Shown here piece by piece: positions 18,683 to 27,905 of a stretch of 48,447 bases of DNA. Position 1 is the stretch's first letter; each line of letters opens with the position of its first letter. Position numbers and translations under genes: made by a program. Source of the DNA: a virus; the IMG/VR virus record IMGVR_UViG_3300012929_000007; one strand, written 5' to 3'. The notes beneath the pieces were generated by a model, which worked only from the letters and a program-made list of their open reading frames with translations, ran no database searches and was not told the DNA's origin.

Positions 18683-19804
18683 ATGCAGCCCCGTGTCACC
18701 CCTGCCCGATCTGCGTTCACAGCCGCGCAGATCGAAGCTCTCATCAAGACGGATCCAAGCATCACGCTCGGGCGTGGCATGGAGCTTATCGACCGAGACC
18801 TTAACGTCATCGCAGATATAACCGGGGACGTCCGGGAATGTAGCGTGGCTCGGGACAACCTTGCCACCCTCCACGGCACATGCGCGTTTACGACGGTCGG
18901 ACGTCTTTCTTGGGGTCGCTCTATTGTGCGCCCGTACCTCACGATCTCCAACGGCACGATCACTGCGCGGTTCAATCAAGGCGCGTATTTCACGAACACG
19001 CCCGAGACCGACACAGACAGTGTGCCGACTACGTACACGGTGCAGGGGTTCGACATACTCAACGCGCTCAACACGCTCGTTGGCGACAGCTACGCAATCA
19101 ACATCGGAGACACGTACCTCGGGGCCGTAGATCAGATTCTCGGCAACCTGGGGTATAGCAAGTACGGTATCGATCCTGTGCAGGCAGCCACCACGGCAAC
19201 TGCCGCGAAAGGGTGGCCGATCGATGAAACCACCACGTGGCTACAGATCGTCAACGAGCTGCTTGCTGCCGTGGGGTACCGGCCGATCTACAGTGATTGG
19301 ACCGGCAAGCTTGTGTGTGAGAGCATCGTCAGTCCGACAACGGCCGCACCGGAGTGGGCATACGACCGGGGTACGTACACCGGACAACTCGTGCCAGGGC
19401 AGAAGATAGCGCATGACTTCTTTGCCACCCCAAATCGATGGGTTGGTGTCAACGGCAACACCGACACGGTGACGACCCCGACCGAGGGTGCCGGAGTATT
19501 CACGTACGTGAACGCCAACGACGGAGAGACCAGCACGGCGGCACGTGACCAGGTGATCACCAAGGTACTTACCGTGACTGCCGCAGACCAGACCGCGCTA
19601 CAAGCTGCGGTACTCGCGCAAGTCGCCGTGGACAAGGTGGTCGGCACAACCATCGAAGCACAGACAAGTGCAAATCCGTTGCATTGGCACCAAGACGTCG
19701 TGAGCGTCGAAACCCTTGAATTTGGCGTACTCAAGATGCAAAATACAAAGTGGTCGATGGACCTGCACACGGGTGTCATGTCGCATAGTTGGGCAAAGAT
19801 ATGA
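18683..19804 (+). CDS. Minor tail protein
   Basis: 373 aa, following the tape measure module. Confidence 0.6.
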   Translation: MQPRVTPARSAFTAAQIEALIKTDPSITLGRGMELIDRDLNVIADITGDVRECSVARDNLATLHGTCAFTTVGRLSWGRSIVRPYLTISNGTITARFNQGAYFTNTPETDTDSVPTTYTVQGFDILNALNTLVGDSYAINIGDTYLGAVDQILGNLGYSKYGIDPVQAATTATAAKGWPIDETTTWLQIVNELLAAVGYRPIYSDWTGKLVCESIVSPTTAAPEWAYDRGTYTGQLVPGQKIAHDFFATPNRWVGVNGNTDTVTTPTEGAGVFTYVNANDGETSTAARDQVITKVLTVTAADQTALQAAVLAQVAVDKVVGTTIEAQTSANPLHWHQDVVSVETLEFGVLKMQNTKWSMDLHTGVMSHSWAKI

Positions 19805-20181
19805 GCCTTGAGGACGACATCTTGAGTGCGGTTAAAGACCTCATCCGGCGCGCCAAGCAGATCACCACGTACGCGGGAGTGGTTAGCGCTGTCGACACGG
19901 CGAACAAGGTTATAAGCGTCATTGTGGACGGTGCGAACGCCGCGACACCGTGTCTACCGTTAGCACACTACGACATCGCGGTCGGTCAGCGCGTCACGGT
20001 CATGCAAGCAAGCGCGACGTACTATGTGATCGGGGTTCTCGGCTTCAAATCGGTCGTGACGCTGCCGGGGTACACGGGCACTCACCCGACCGGAACGGTC
20101 CCGGGGCAGATGTGGTACCGGACGGACACTAACCACGCGTACGTGAATGTCAACGGAACACCTACACAGGTCGATAACTAG
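19801..20181 (+). CDS. Minor tail protein (putative)
   Basis: ATGA start/stop overlap with the upstream gene. Confidence 0.5.
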   Translation: MSLEDDILSAVKDLIRRAKQITTYAGVVSAVDTANKVISVIVDGANAATPCLPLAHYDIAVGQRVTVMQASATYYVIGVLGFKSVVTLPGYTGTHPTGTVPGQMWYRTDTNHAYVNVNGTPTQVDN

Positions 20182-20189
20182 GGGTATCC

Positions 20190-22757
20190 ATGGGCGCGAT
20201 TAGTACGACCACCTTCGGTGAGCCGATGGGGTACCCCAATCAGCAGTACATCGACCGCGAAAACTTCGACGGCGATATGTGGTTCCTCAAGCGGGTGTCA
20301 CAGACGCAGTTCGACATCTTCAAGAGCAGTAACAACGGCGCATCGTGGTCCGGCCCTATCGCGTCTGTCACGCGTACGAACCTGCAAGAGGTCTCAGGGC
20401 TGTTCATGGACAGCAACGGGCATATTCATGTGCTTACGCGCGTGTATGAGTCCGGCACTGACCGGGTGTTCTACATGCGGCTACAGGCCAACGCCACCAC
20501 TTTCGACACTGAGCAACTTGTGGTCGGCGCTAGCGCAGCCACAGCAGGGCTTGTCTACACGGGCCTTGACGTGGTGGCGTTCAAGCTGTCAAGCACGTGG
20601 TACGTGCACATGGCAGTCGGCACGCACAACGGCACGTCCGGCGGGGTAACGCTGTTCTCGGCCACCGTGAGCAGCACAAATACGTTCACGGTGCGAAACA
20701 CGTTGGTTAGCGGTTACCGGCAATGGCTCAACGGCCCGGATGGCATCGTCCACCCGACCATCATGTTTGAGCACACGGGCGACGGTAAGACCACCAACGG
20801 CAGCCCTGCGCTGTGGGCGGTATGGGGTCGCGCCACGGTCTACACGGCGCGGCTCACGTGGGCGTCCGGGCCGGTGTGGGTTAGCCCCAACACGAACACG
20901 CCTCCGGCAGTGTCCAGCCTCAGCCCTAGCCAGCCGAGCAACACGGCTGTGTACGACGCACACAGTTCGATTGTGCTCATCCCGTATCCGGTGTCCAGCG
21001 TCGTCCGCATCGCAGAGCGCAACGTCGATAACACGACGCAAGCTCAGCGCGACACACCAACCCATACGGCCGGAACTGTCAAGCACTGCGCCATAAGCGT
21101 AAGCGCGGCCACGAGCAACATGCGTGTGTACGCCGTGGGCACGAGTGACAGCAAGTTGTATTACGTGGATTACAACCGGGGTGCGGACACGTGGGGTGCG
21201 TGGACAGCGGTTAGCGCGTCGGCCATCGTTGGGGCCACGTCCACAAGCTATAGCGTGCGAAGGACCAACTACGGTAACGGGCACTTCGACAGCGCGATTG
21301 CCACGGGTTCAAGCCCGTACAACCTCATCAGCACGAGCGACACAGCATCGGGTGCGCCCAAGGTACCGGCGTTGTCAGCTCCGGCTAACGGGGTGGCCCA
21401 AGACGTCAACGCGGCGCTTCCGTTCACGTGGAACTTTACGGCTGACGATCCTAGCGAAACACAGGACTCTTACGCGCTTCGCAAGACGCTCAGCTCAGTT
21501 GTCACGTACTGGAATGCGTCGTCTAGCACGTGGGTAGGCAGCGAGGTATTTAACTCCTCCGGCACGTCCGGTGTCACGTTGGCAAGTGGTTGGGGATCCA
21601 CATCGGACGCTAACCATTTCTACGCGGTCAAGGTAAAGGGCACGATCTCAGGGCTCAGCACGAACTACAGCTCACAGGTTCAGGTGCAACCGTCCGCCAA
21701 GGACAACCCCACGATTACGAGCCCTAGCGCAAGCCCCACAAGCGCGCTTATCACAGTGTCTTGGACGGTGGCCACGCAAAGTGCGTACCGTATCCAGCTC
21801 ACCAAAGCAGGCGTTAGCGTCCGCGATACCGGGTGGGTTACGAGCACGGCCACAAGCCTCGATCTACCGGACACCTTGCTTGCCGCCGCGTATGTGCTCA
21901 CGGTTACCACGAGGAACAACAAGGGTTTGACGGGCGACCCCCAGACGCTCAACTTCACTCCGGCGTACACCGGTCCCGCCGTAACAAGCCCTACGGTGGC
22001 CGCGTTCAACACCCTAGGGATCATCCGGGCCACGCTTACCAACCCCGACCCGACACAGCCTCAGCCGCTTGTGGTGGCTAACGACGTATACCGACGTGTC
22101 ATCGGGGACACGGGCAACGGGGTCAAGGTCGGCACCGTACCGAGCACCGTACCGATTAGCCTTGTCGCGCCGTTCCACCCGGGTTTTGAGGAGACGAATA
22201 GCTCGGACAACTGGGGCACAGCCGGAGGTTCTGTCAGCACGGCAGCACGCGATACGGGCCAAGCACACACGGGACTCGCGAGCTATGCTCAAACGGCAGT
22301 CAACGGCACCGGGTTCGCAGGTGTCAACTTTGGACCGCTTAACCAGTTCGCGGCACTGCCGGGCGATACGTTCTTCCTGTCGTTTTGGTTCAAGGCCAAC
22401 AGCGGCATGGTCATCAAGGGTCAGGTCGGCTGGCGTACGGCAGCCAACGGCAGCAACGGCACCCCCAGCACGGGAGCTAACGTCACTGCTACGGGGTCGT
22501 GGCAGCAATACACGATGACGTCGGGTGCCGCGCCGAGCAACACCGCGTTTGCGTTCCCGAGCCTCACGCAGAGCAGCACGGCGAATACGGCGGGGGACAA
22601 GGCATACTCCGACGATGCCGTGTTCTACAAGGCGGGCAGCGTGGCCACGCCAGTCACATACGACGATTTCACGTGCGGTAGCGGAATCGCGTACGAGTAC
22701 AGCGTTATCACGACTGGCGTAAATGGTGCGGTTACCCAAAGTGCTTGGGTGTCGTGA
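20190..22757 (+). CDS. Large minor tail / receptor-binding protein with a BNR-like motif and a C-terminal carbohydrate-binding-like domain
   Basis: 855 aa. It has an Asp-box-like SSNNGASWSG motif, Ser/Thr-rich beta-type repeats, and a C-terminal GFEE..W..AGG pattern reminiscent of the CBM4/9 fold. Confidence 0.55.
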   Translation: MGAISTTTFGEPMGYPNQQYIDRENFDGDMWFLKRVSQTQFDIFKSSNNGASWSGPIASVTRTNLQEVSGLFMDSNGHIHVLTRVYESGTDRVFYMRLQANATTFDTEQLVVGASAATAGLVYTGLDVVAFKLSSTWYVHMAVGTHNGTSGGVTLFSATVSSTNTFTVRNTLVSGYRQWLNGPDGIVHPTIMFEHTGDGKTTNGSPALWAVWGRATVYTARLTWASGPVWVSPNTNTPPAVSSLSPSQPSNTAVYDAHSSIVLIPYPVSSVVRIAERNVDNTTQAQRDTPTHTAGTVKHCAISVSAATSNMRVYAVGTSDSKLYYVDYNRGADTWGAWTAVSASAIVGATSTSYSVRRTNYGNGHFDSAIATGSSPYNLISTSDTASGAPKVPALSAPANGVAQDVNAALPFTWNFTADDPSETQDSYALRKTLSSVVTYWNASSSTWVGSEVFNSSGTSGVTLASGWGSTSDANHFYAVKVKGTISGLSTNYSSQVQVQPSAKDNPTITSPSASPTSALITVSWTVATQSAYRIQLTKAGVSVRDTGWVTSTATSLDLPDTLLAAAYVLTVTTRNNKGLTGDPQTLNFTPAYTGPAVTSPTVAAFNTLGIIRATLTNPDPTQPQPLVVANDVYRRVIGDTGNGVKVGTVPSTVPISLVAPFHPGFEETNSSDNWGTAGGSVSTAARDTGQAHTGLASYAQTAVNGTGFAGVNFGPLNQFAALPGDTFFLSFWFKANSGMVIKGQVGWRTAANGSNGTPSTGANVTATGSWQQYTMTSGAAPSNTAFAFPSLTQSSTANTAGDKAYSDDAVFYKAGSVATPVTYDDFTCGSGIAYEYSVITTGVNGAVTQSAWVS

Positions 22758-22786
22758 TGACGTGTTAGCGTAGTACATCCACATTC

Positions 22787-23809
22787 TTGGATTCTCGGCC
22801 AGACAGGACAGCCCCCATGATTTTGCTCGGTGTTCACGGCCCCGGCACTCCCACCGAAATCCGTGCGACGTACCCGCTGACAGACGCTACACGCGAATTC
22901 AAAGGCGGGGTTATTCCCCCGCAGAACCTCATCCCCAGCTTTGAGAACCTGTGTCGTCCGGCGCTGGACGATGACATGCACGTGGTTGTGTCGTTCAAGC
23001 CCCGTCCGGACGACGTGACCAACGGCGCGTGGCAGCTCTACATTGAACAACTCGCGCGGCACATCAACGTCAACGAGTTGGCCGACAAGGTGACCGTCGT
23101 GTTCTGGCATGAGCCGGAGGACGACACGCGCGACAGCTATCCGAACGGGACGCACAAGGTCATGAGCTTCGGCACAGCCGAGGACTTCGTTCGGTACTTC
23201 AACACACTGCACGCGTGGGTCAAGGGCGTGGACCCGAACATCGTGACATGTCACGCAGCACTCGGTTACGGTTACCGGCCCAAGGTCGGCGGCCCGCATG
23301 ACAAGAGCGCATGGGTCGCCAACCCGGACGCATGGGTGACTCGCGCGGACGTCCACGCCATCGACATCTACAGTGGGCGGTCATTCCCCGTCACGGACAC
23401 GCTTGAGGTGAGCCCGGTGTTTAAACGGTGGCTTGACTCGCGACCGGACGATGTGGCGTGGGCGGTTGCGGAGCGTGGCTGGCCGACCGTCGAGCACGAG
23501 GCGCGCGCAAAGGCCATCACGGACGAGTTCGCGTGGCTCAAGACGCTCCCGGAAGCCGCACGGCCAACCTTCTACCTGGTGTGGGCCACGGACGGCACCG
23601 AGCACGATCCGAGCCTGTTACTCGATACGAGCGCGCAGAACGCCATCAATACCGGGTTCGCGCTGCTCAACGCACCTGACGAGGATCCCACACCCGTACC
23701 GGCACCCGAGACGGTGGAGTGCCCGCTGTGCCACGGGTCGGGGCGGGTACCTGTGGCACATACCATCGCTATTCAGACGTTCGTAACGGTGGCGAAACCA
23801 GGTGCGTAA
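22787..23809 (+). CDS. Putative glycoside hydrolase (TIM-barrel-like, FWHEPEDD motif) with a C-terminal CxxCxGxG zinc-finger-like tail
   Basis: The ORF is clear; the start could instead be the Met of MILLGVHG (ATG 22817), since RBS placement is unclear. The functional call rests only on the WHEPE acid/base-like motif and the position next to the lysis genes. Confidence 0.4.
   Translation: MDSRPDRTAPMILLGVHGPGTPTEIRATYPLTDATREFKGGVIPPQNLIPSFENLCRPALDDDMHVVVSFKPRPDDVTNGAWQLYIEQLARHINVNELADKVTVVFWHEPEDDTRDSYPNGTHKVMSFGTAEDFVRYFNTLHAWVKGVDPNIVTCHAALGYGYRPKVGGPHDKSAWVANPDAWVTRADVHAIDIYSGRSFPVTDTLEVSPVFKRWLDSRPDDVAWAVAERGWPTVEHEARAKAITDEFAWLKTLPEAARPTFYLVWATDGTEHDPSLLLDTSAQNAINTGFALLNAPDEDPTPVPAPETVECPLCHGSGRVPVAHTIAIQTFVTVAKPGA
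23418..23427. repeat. YGTTTAAACR copy 5
   Basis: tGTTTAAACg in 22787..23809, read as F-K. Confidence 0.95.
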
Positions 23810-23843
23810 ACTCCCCCCGCCGCGCCACCGTAGAACACCATGG

Positions 23844-24263
23844 ATGATCCGTACGCCCCAAGGGTTGCGAGATCACCCGGCATGGGTGTTCATCGGCTTG
23901 CTATTCGTCGTGTCGGGGTTCGGGTACCTCACAGGTGTCGCCAACAGCGCCATTGCTCGGGTAGTCGGTACTGTCGGGGTGCATATCTGGGGTGGCGTGC
24001 TCATGTGTACGGGCATCCTGCTTGTGGTGGCCACTGTACTAGCGCGCATCGCGCTCAAAAAGCTTGCGCTCAGGGTGCTTTCCTGTTGCATGCTCGCCTA
24101 CACCGGGTGGGTACTTATCATCGTCCCGATCTCACATGCCGCGACAACGGTTGTGCTTACCGGGAGCTTGGTCGTGCTCGCGGAATTCGAAGTTGCCCAC
24201 CTCAAGGCACTTATCAAACACGCGCACGAAATTAGTAAAGAGTTGTCGGTGCATGACACGTGA
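23844..24263 (+). CDS. Holin-like membrane protein (about 4 TM segments)
   Basis: Hydrophobic segments WVFIGLLFVVSGFGYL, VHIWGGVLMCTGILLVVATVLA, VLSCCMLAYTGWVLIIV and TTVVLTGSLVVLA. It lies in the lysis cassette. Confidence 0.5.
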   Translation: MIRTPQGLRDHPAWVFIGLLFVVSGFGYLTGVANSAIARVVGTVGVHIWGGVLMCTGILLVVATVLARIALKKLALRVLSCCMLAYTGWVLIIVPISHAATTVVLTGSLVVLAEFEVAHLKALIKHAHEISKELSVHDT

Positions 24264-24646
24264 ATACCCAGATTTTGGTCACTGCTATTGTCAGTATCCT
24301 GGCTAGTGGTGGCGTTGCCGGAGCGATTGCCGCGTGGCTCAAGGACCGAAAGAAGGACGACGCAACCGCGCTATTGACCAATGTGGAAGCGTTGCAAAAA
24401 CAGGTTGTACTATTGACCACGGTGACGGATTATCTCCGGCGAGAGAACGGGCAACTTCAATTGGACCTGGTGACAGAACAGGAGGGTAAGCGCCAACTCC
24501 GGGTGCAACTCGCACAGGTTGAGGAGGAGCTACAGCAGGTGCGCCGGACCGCACGGCAGACACAACAGCAGTGCGACGATCTTAGCGAACGACTACGTAG
24601 GCTAGTAGTGGGGGAGGGTGGAAATGGATACTCCGATGCCCGATGA
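24260..24646 (+). CDS. Membrane-anchored coiled-coil protein (lysis accessory, putative)
   Basis: GTGA overlap with the holin stop. It has an N-terminal TM segment followed by a coiled coil (LQLDLVTEQEGKRQLRVQLAQVEEELQQ). Confidence 0.5.
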   Translation: MNTQILVTAIVSILASGGVAGAIAAWLKDRKKDDATALLTNVEALQKQVVLLTTVTDYLRRENGQLQLDLVTEQEGKRQLRVQLAQVEEELQQVRRTARQTQQQCDDLSERLRRLVVGEGGNGYSDAR

Positions 24647-24788
24647 CGTCGACAACTTCCCGAACTTCGATGACGTCGACAGCTCGACAGTGGAGCTACC
24701 GGACAGCAGCTACCAGGAACCGACCACGACCGATACGCCGGAAGGGGACGATACGTCATGCGGTACTCGCAGAACGGTTACGCCGTAG
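24624..24788 (+). CDS. Small acidic ORF (54 aa) overlapping both neighbours
   Basis: RBS GGGGAGGGTGG precedes the ATG at 24624. It contains an internal duplicated GATGACGTCGAC. It is not in the ORF track because it is under 60 aa. Confidence 0.25.
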   Translation: MDTPMPDDVDNFPNFDDVDSSTVELPDSSYQEPTTTDTPEGDDTSCGTRRTVTP

Positions 24789-25477
24789 ACCCTAACCTCA
24801 TGGCGACGTACACCATCCCGGGGTCTTCCGTGCGAATCACACTTCGGCGTGGGGACGCATCGTGTGTGCTGCTGTGGTTCGCCAAGGAGTTCAACGCGCA
24901 CGTTGAGCCCTTGCACCACAACGATACCGGCGGATTCATCATCAAGGGTATCGAGGGGGGTGTGAGTCTGAGCAATCACGCATCCGGCACGGCGATGGAT
25001 CTACGGTGGAACGATCACCCGCTCGGCGCACGAGGAACATTCGGCGCGTTGCAGGTGGCCACCATCCGCCGGTTGCTCAACCTGTGCGGAGGTGTGGTCC
25101 GTTGGGGTGGCGACTACCACTCCCGCGCCGACGAGATGCACTATGAGATCAACGCCGGGCCGTCACGGGTGCGCGCGCTCGCGGACAGGATCCGCGCCGG
25201 ACACATGCCGGACACCAACCCAACCCCAACCCCGCACCCGGGCAGCCACCCCCTGTACCCAGGTGTCGCCATGCGGCGCGGCATGATGAACAACAACGAC
25301 GTCCGAGTGTTTCAGGCCAAGCTGTCGTCCCGAGGTTGGCATCTCGCGGTTGACGGCGATTTCGGTCCGGGCACAGAACACGTAGTCCGCCAGTTCCAAG
25401 CCGAAAAACACCTTGGGGTCGACGGCATCGTTGGACCGGTCACGTGGGCGGCAATATGGACCGCCCCGATCACGTAA
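24758..25477 (+). CDS. Endolysin: M15/VanY-type D-Ala-D-Ala peptidase plus a C-terminal PG_binding_1-like domain
   Basis: Motifs SNHASGTAMD ... ADEMHYE, plus the C-terminal FQAKLSSRGWHLAVDGDFGPGTEHVVRQFQAEKHLGVDGIVGPVTWAAIW. Confidence 0.8.
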   Translation: MRYSQNGYAVDPNLMATYTIPGSSVRITLRRGDASCVLLWFAKEFNAHVEPLHHNDTGGFIIKGIEGGVSLSNHASGTAMDLRWNDHPLGARGTFGALQVATIRRLLNLCGGVVRWGGDYHSRADEMHYEINAGPSRVRALADRIRAGHMPDTNPTPTPHPGSHPLYPGVAMRRGMMNNNDVRVFQAKLSSRGWHLAVDGDFGPGTEHVVRQFQAEKHLGVDGIVGPVTWAAIWTAPIT

Positions 25478-25490
25478 GGTAGGGCCACGT

Positions 25491-25730
25491 ATGACACAGC
25501 CGATGCCCGTCAAGATTGTTGCCAACCCCAAACGACCGTACAAGGCGATATACACTATCGTGCTCGCGGCGCTGACTGCTGCGGCCGGTATCTGGGTTGG
25601 CAACGTGTACCTCACGGGAGCCCTGGCGCTCCTCACGGCGGTCGGCACGTACTTTGTGCCCAACCCGCTCATCACGGTTCCGGACAACTCGCCGGTCATC
25701 CTGTCGCACCCGGACAGTCCTAGCGTTTAA
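25491..25730 (+). CDS. Small 2-TM membrane protein (holin-like), last gene of the rightward arm
   Basis: ATG at 25491. TM segments are AIYTIVLAALTAAAGIWVG and LTGALALLTAVGTYFV. The stop TAA lies inside a GTTTAAAC copy. Confidence 0.5.
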   Translation: MTQPMPVKIVANPKRPYKAIYTIVLAALTAAAGIWVGNVYLTGALALLTAVGTYFVPNPLITVPDNSPVILSHPDSPSV

Positions 25731-25733
25731 ACA
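25724..25733. repeat. YGTTTAAACR copy 6
   Basis: cGTTTAAACa. It contains the stop TAA of 25491..25730, 12 nt before the terminator stem. Confidence 0.95.
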
Positions 25734-25743
25734 GGCAGGCAGC

Positions 25744-25784
25744 AAAACGCCCCGGCACCCATGTAGGGTTGTCCGGGGCGTTTC
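25744..25784. terminator. Bidirectional intrinsic terminator between the convergent arms
   Basis: AAACGCCCCGG (25745-25755) pairs with CCGGGGCGTTT (25773-25783), with an inner 4-bp ACCC/GGGT helix. An A-tract lies on one side and a T-tract on the other. Confidence 0.75.
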
Positions 25785-25786
25785 GG

Positions 25787-25796
25787 TGTTTAAACG
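25787..25796. repeat. YGTTTAAACR copy 7
   Basis: tGTTTAAACg, 4 nt after the terminator stem and 8 nt from the stop of the minus-strand gene 25804..26112. Confidence 0.95.
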
Positions 25797-25803
25797 AGGC
25801 CGG

Positions 25804-26112
25804 TCAGAGCACCGTGCCGCAGAAGTTCGGCCCCTCCCACGCGGACACCGACACGGCGTGCCCGGGGAAGGTGTCGTACGACGGTAGCCAGTTGTGCGTC
25901 ACGTAGAGGATCGAGCCGTTGGCCTGTCGGATGCCGTACCGGAACTTGTGCAACGGAACCGATGACGCGGGGGTGGTCCACGCGTGCGTCAGGTGCGGGT
26001 AGCCGAACACGTACACGGCGTGCGTGGTGCACACGGGCGCGGCGAGTGCTGGGGCTGCGAACCCCAACGCCCCGAACATGAACCCTGCGACGAGTAGTGC
26101 GATACGGCGCAT
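25804..26112 (-). CDS. Small secreted protein (signal peptide, 2 Cys)
   Basis: N-terminus MRRIALLVAGFMFGALGFAAPALA-AP with RBS AGAGGGGAAAG. It is the last gene of the leftward arm. Confidence 0.6.
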   Translation of the reverse strand: MRRIALLVAGFMFGALGFAAPALAAPVCTTHAVYVFGYPHLTHAWTTPASSVPLHKFRYGIRQANGSILYVTHNWLPSYDTFPGHAVSVSAWEGPNFCGTVL

Positions 26113-26160
26113 GACTTTCCCCTCTTTGGGTGGCAGAAACAGCCCTCAGCCTACGCGCAG

Positions 26161-26481
26161 CTAGCCCTCAGGCCAATCCGTCAGCGGGCGCGAGGGCCGC
26201 TCGACCAGCTTAGGGTCCGGCATGACGTCTCGGGTCCGGTTTGCCGGGTGGCGGGCCATTGACGCGTCGCGCGCGGCCTTTGACCGGTCCGGGAAGGACA
26301 GCGTCGGCGGAACTGGGGGGTCCTCCCCGATTCGTCCGGCAGCGCGCATCTCCAAGAACTTGATGTACGCCTTGTGGTCACGCTCGCTGCGCGCGGCGAA
26401 TGTTCCGATGAGCATCGCGCCGATGACGGTCACAACTACGCCGATCGTGATGATCAGAAGCTTTAGCGTGTCGGCTGTCAT
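26161..26481 (-). CDS. Membrane protein, 106 aa (internal start of track ORF 26161..26913)
   Basis: ATGA overlap with the stop of 26478..27293. It has an N-terminal TM segment LLIITIGVVVTVIGAMLIGTF. Confidence 0.55.
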   Translation of the reverse strand: MTADTLKLLIITIGVVVTVIGAMLIGTFAARSERDHKAYIKFLEMRAAGRIGEDPPVPPTLSFPDRSKAARDASMARHPANRTRDVMPDPKLVERPSRPLTDWPEG

Positions 26482-27293
26482 CGCTCCTCCCACGCCGTTG
26501 CGACGAGGAACGTACCGGTCCGGAGCGCTTCCGCGATGCGCTTGCTTCCCAGCTCCCGCCACGTCATGCCGCCACCCGACCGCGTGTCCGTCGTGTACCA
26601 AAGACCCGCACCTGTCTTGAACGCGACGTACGTGTACTGCCGTTCGCCGTCCGGCGACGAGGTCCATGAGATGGTGGGCTCTTCGCCGTCCGGCTCCCGT
26701 GCGTCGAACTCGCGGATGGCGTTGGCTTCCGCCATGAGCCGTACCGCTGTTGCTTCGATGTTGTCCGGATCTTGCCCTGTGAGCATGTCGGCCCCCTTGT
26801 CGTTGTTCGCGGTGTTCGTACTTACCGTACACGGTTCCGTGTCGGTTCGGGCCTGTGTCTCGATATGGGCTCGCGTACCGGCCGGAAACGGCTCGTCCGA
26901 CCACACGTCGCATGTCTCGTCGAAGTACCCCAGCTCAAACCAAGGCTCGTGTTCGAACCGCTGAAAGAACAAGCTGTCCGATTTCTTGGGTTGCCGTTTG
27001 AGGTTGAACGCGAACTCACGCCCCGTGGACACGGTGATGACCTCGCCACGTTCCCGATCGGGGTAGTCCACGTACTGTTGCGCCGGATCCTTACCCGCCA
27101 ACACGACGATCTCACGTGCGGCGTTGGACAGCGCGAGATACATCCGCCCCACCTCCGCGTCATACATCATGTGACGTGCCACTGCATGTGCGGTACGGTC
27201 TCGCTTTTGTTCCCATCGCCGGTAGGTTGCGACGTTCTGACGCCACGTCGTGGCCCCAAGAAGCTCCGTTGTCGTGTCGGAGTAGCGTTCCAT
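26478..27293 (-). CDS. Hypothetical protein, 271 aa
   Basis: Protein-like composition with coupled neighbours. No motif recognised. Confidence 0.6.
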   Translation of the reverse strand: MERYSDTTTELLGATTWRQNVATYRRWEQKRDRTAHAVARHMMYDAEVGRMYLALSNAAREIVVLAGKDPAQQYVDYPDRERGEVITVSTGREFAFNLKRQPKKSDSLFFQRFEHEPWFELGYFDETCDVWSDEPFPAGTRAHIETQARTDTEPCTVSTNTANNDKGADMLTGQDPDNIEATAVRLMAEANAIREFDAREPDGEEPTISWTSSPDGERQYTYVAFKTGAGLWYTTDTRSGGGMTWRELGSKRIAEALRTGTFLVATAWEER

Positions 27294-27302
27294 GTCGTCC
27301 CC

Positions 27303-27431
27303 CTAGAAGAACTTGGCTGCGCACGACGGGCAGATGCCGTGACTGTCCGGCCCACCTTTTCCGTCGTCGCTCATTACCGTCTTGCACCACGAGCACACAA
27401 CCCGCGTGCACAACCGAATTATCCGTCTCAT
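27303..27431 (-). CDS. Zinc-ribbon mini-protein, 42 aa (CxxC...CxxC)
   Basis: Translation MRRIIRLCTRVVCSWCKTVMSDDGKGGPDSHGICPSCAAKFF. ATGA overlap with the upstream ORF. It is not in the ORF track because of its size. Confidence 0.4.
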   Translation of the reverse strand: MRRIIRLCTRVVCSWCKTVMSDDGKGGPDSHGICPSCAAKFF

Positions 27432-27601
27432 GCCCAATGACCCCCGCTTGATTCGTGATCGCGCCGCTCCCACTCACAGTACCCGCCAGCCAAATCGTGA
27501 AGCCTGACGAGTGCGGCATGCGCGGCCACCATCTTGTGATGCCGGGTGGCCCACAAGTAGACCCTTTTCAGCTCGTCTCGCGTCTCCTCCGCCGTGAACA
27601 T
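27428..27601 (-). CDS. Hypothetical protein, 57 aa
   Basis: Hand-translated as MFTAEETRDELKRVYLWATRHH.... Its stop overlaps the next start (ATGA). Confidence 0.35.
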   Translation of the reverse strand: MFTAEETRDELKRVYLWATRHHKMVAAHAALVRLHDLAGGYCEWERRDHESSGGHWA

Positions 27602-27620
27602 TTCAATGCACGTCCCCTCA

Positions 27621-27905
27621 CTAGTCGCTTGCGTGCGTCCTTGCCACCAACTTTACTCGGTCCGCGTGCGGGCGGTCCAAGTAATAGATCCATCGACAAT
27701 ATTCGTCAGGATGCGGAAGCGTTGACGTGTCAGGGTCGATGCCTTGCCACTTCCAGCAGTGCTCATACCGGCGCGCCTTACACCTTGGGCACGGCTCAAG
27801 CAGTACGTTGTTCGGCTGTCTTGCCACCACGTTACGCCCCGTGGTGATTCTTCGGTGCGTGCCGTTTGACGTGAATCCGGCGGGTTGCGTCGGCCCCCGC
27901 GTCAC
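27621..27905 (-). CDS. Hypothetical Cys-containing protein (CPRC...HC)
   Basis: The GTG start overlaps the upstream stop (GTGA). 94 aa. Confidence 0.45.
   Translation of the reverse strand: MTRGPTQPAGFTSNGTHRRITTGRNVVARQPNNVLLEPCPRCKARRYEHCWKWQGIDPDTSTLPHPDEYCRWIYYLDRPHADRVKLVARTHASD

Noticed and set aside
26161-26913. 250-aa minus-strand ORF as given in the track
   Set aside because: The upstream two-thirds overlaps 26478..27293 in another frame and is Arg/Gly/His-rich. The internal ATG at 26481 forms an ATGA overlap with that gene's stop and gives a sensible TM protein.
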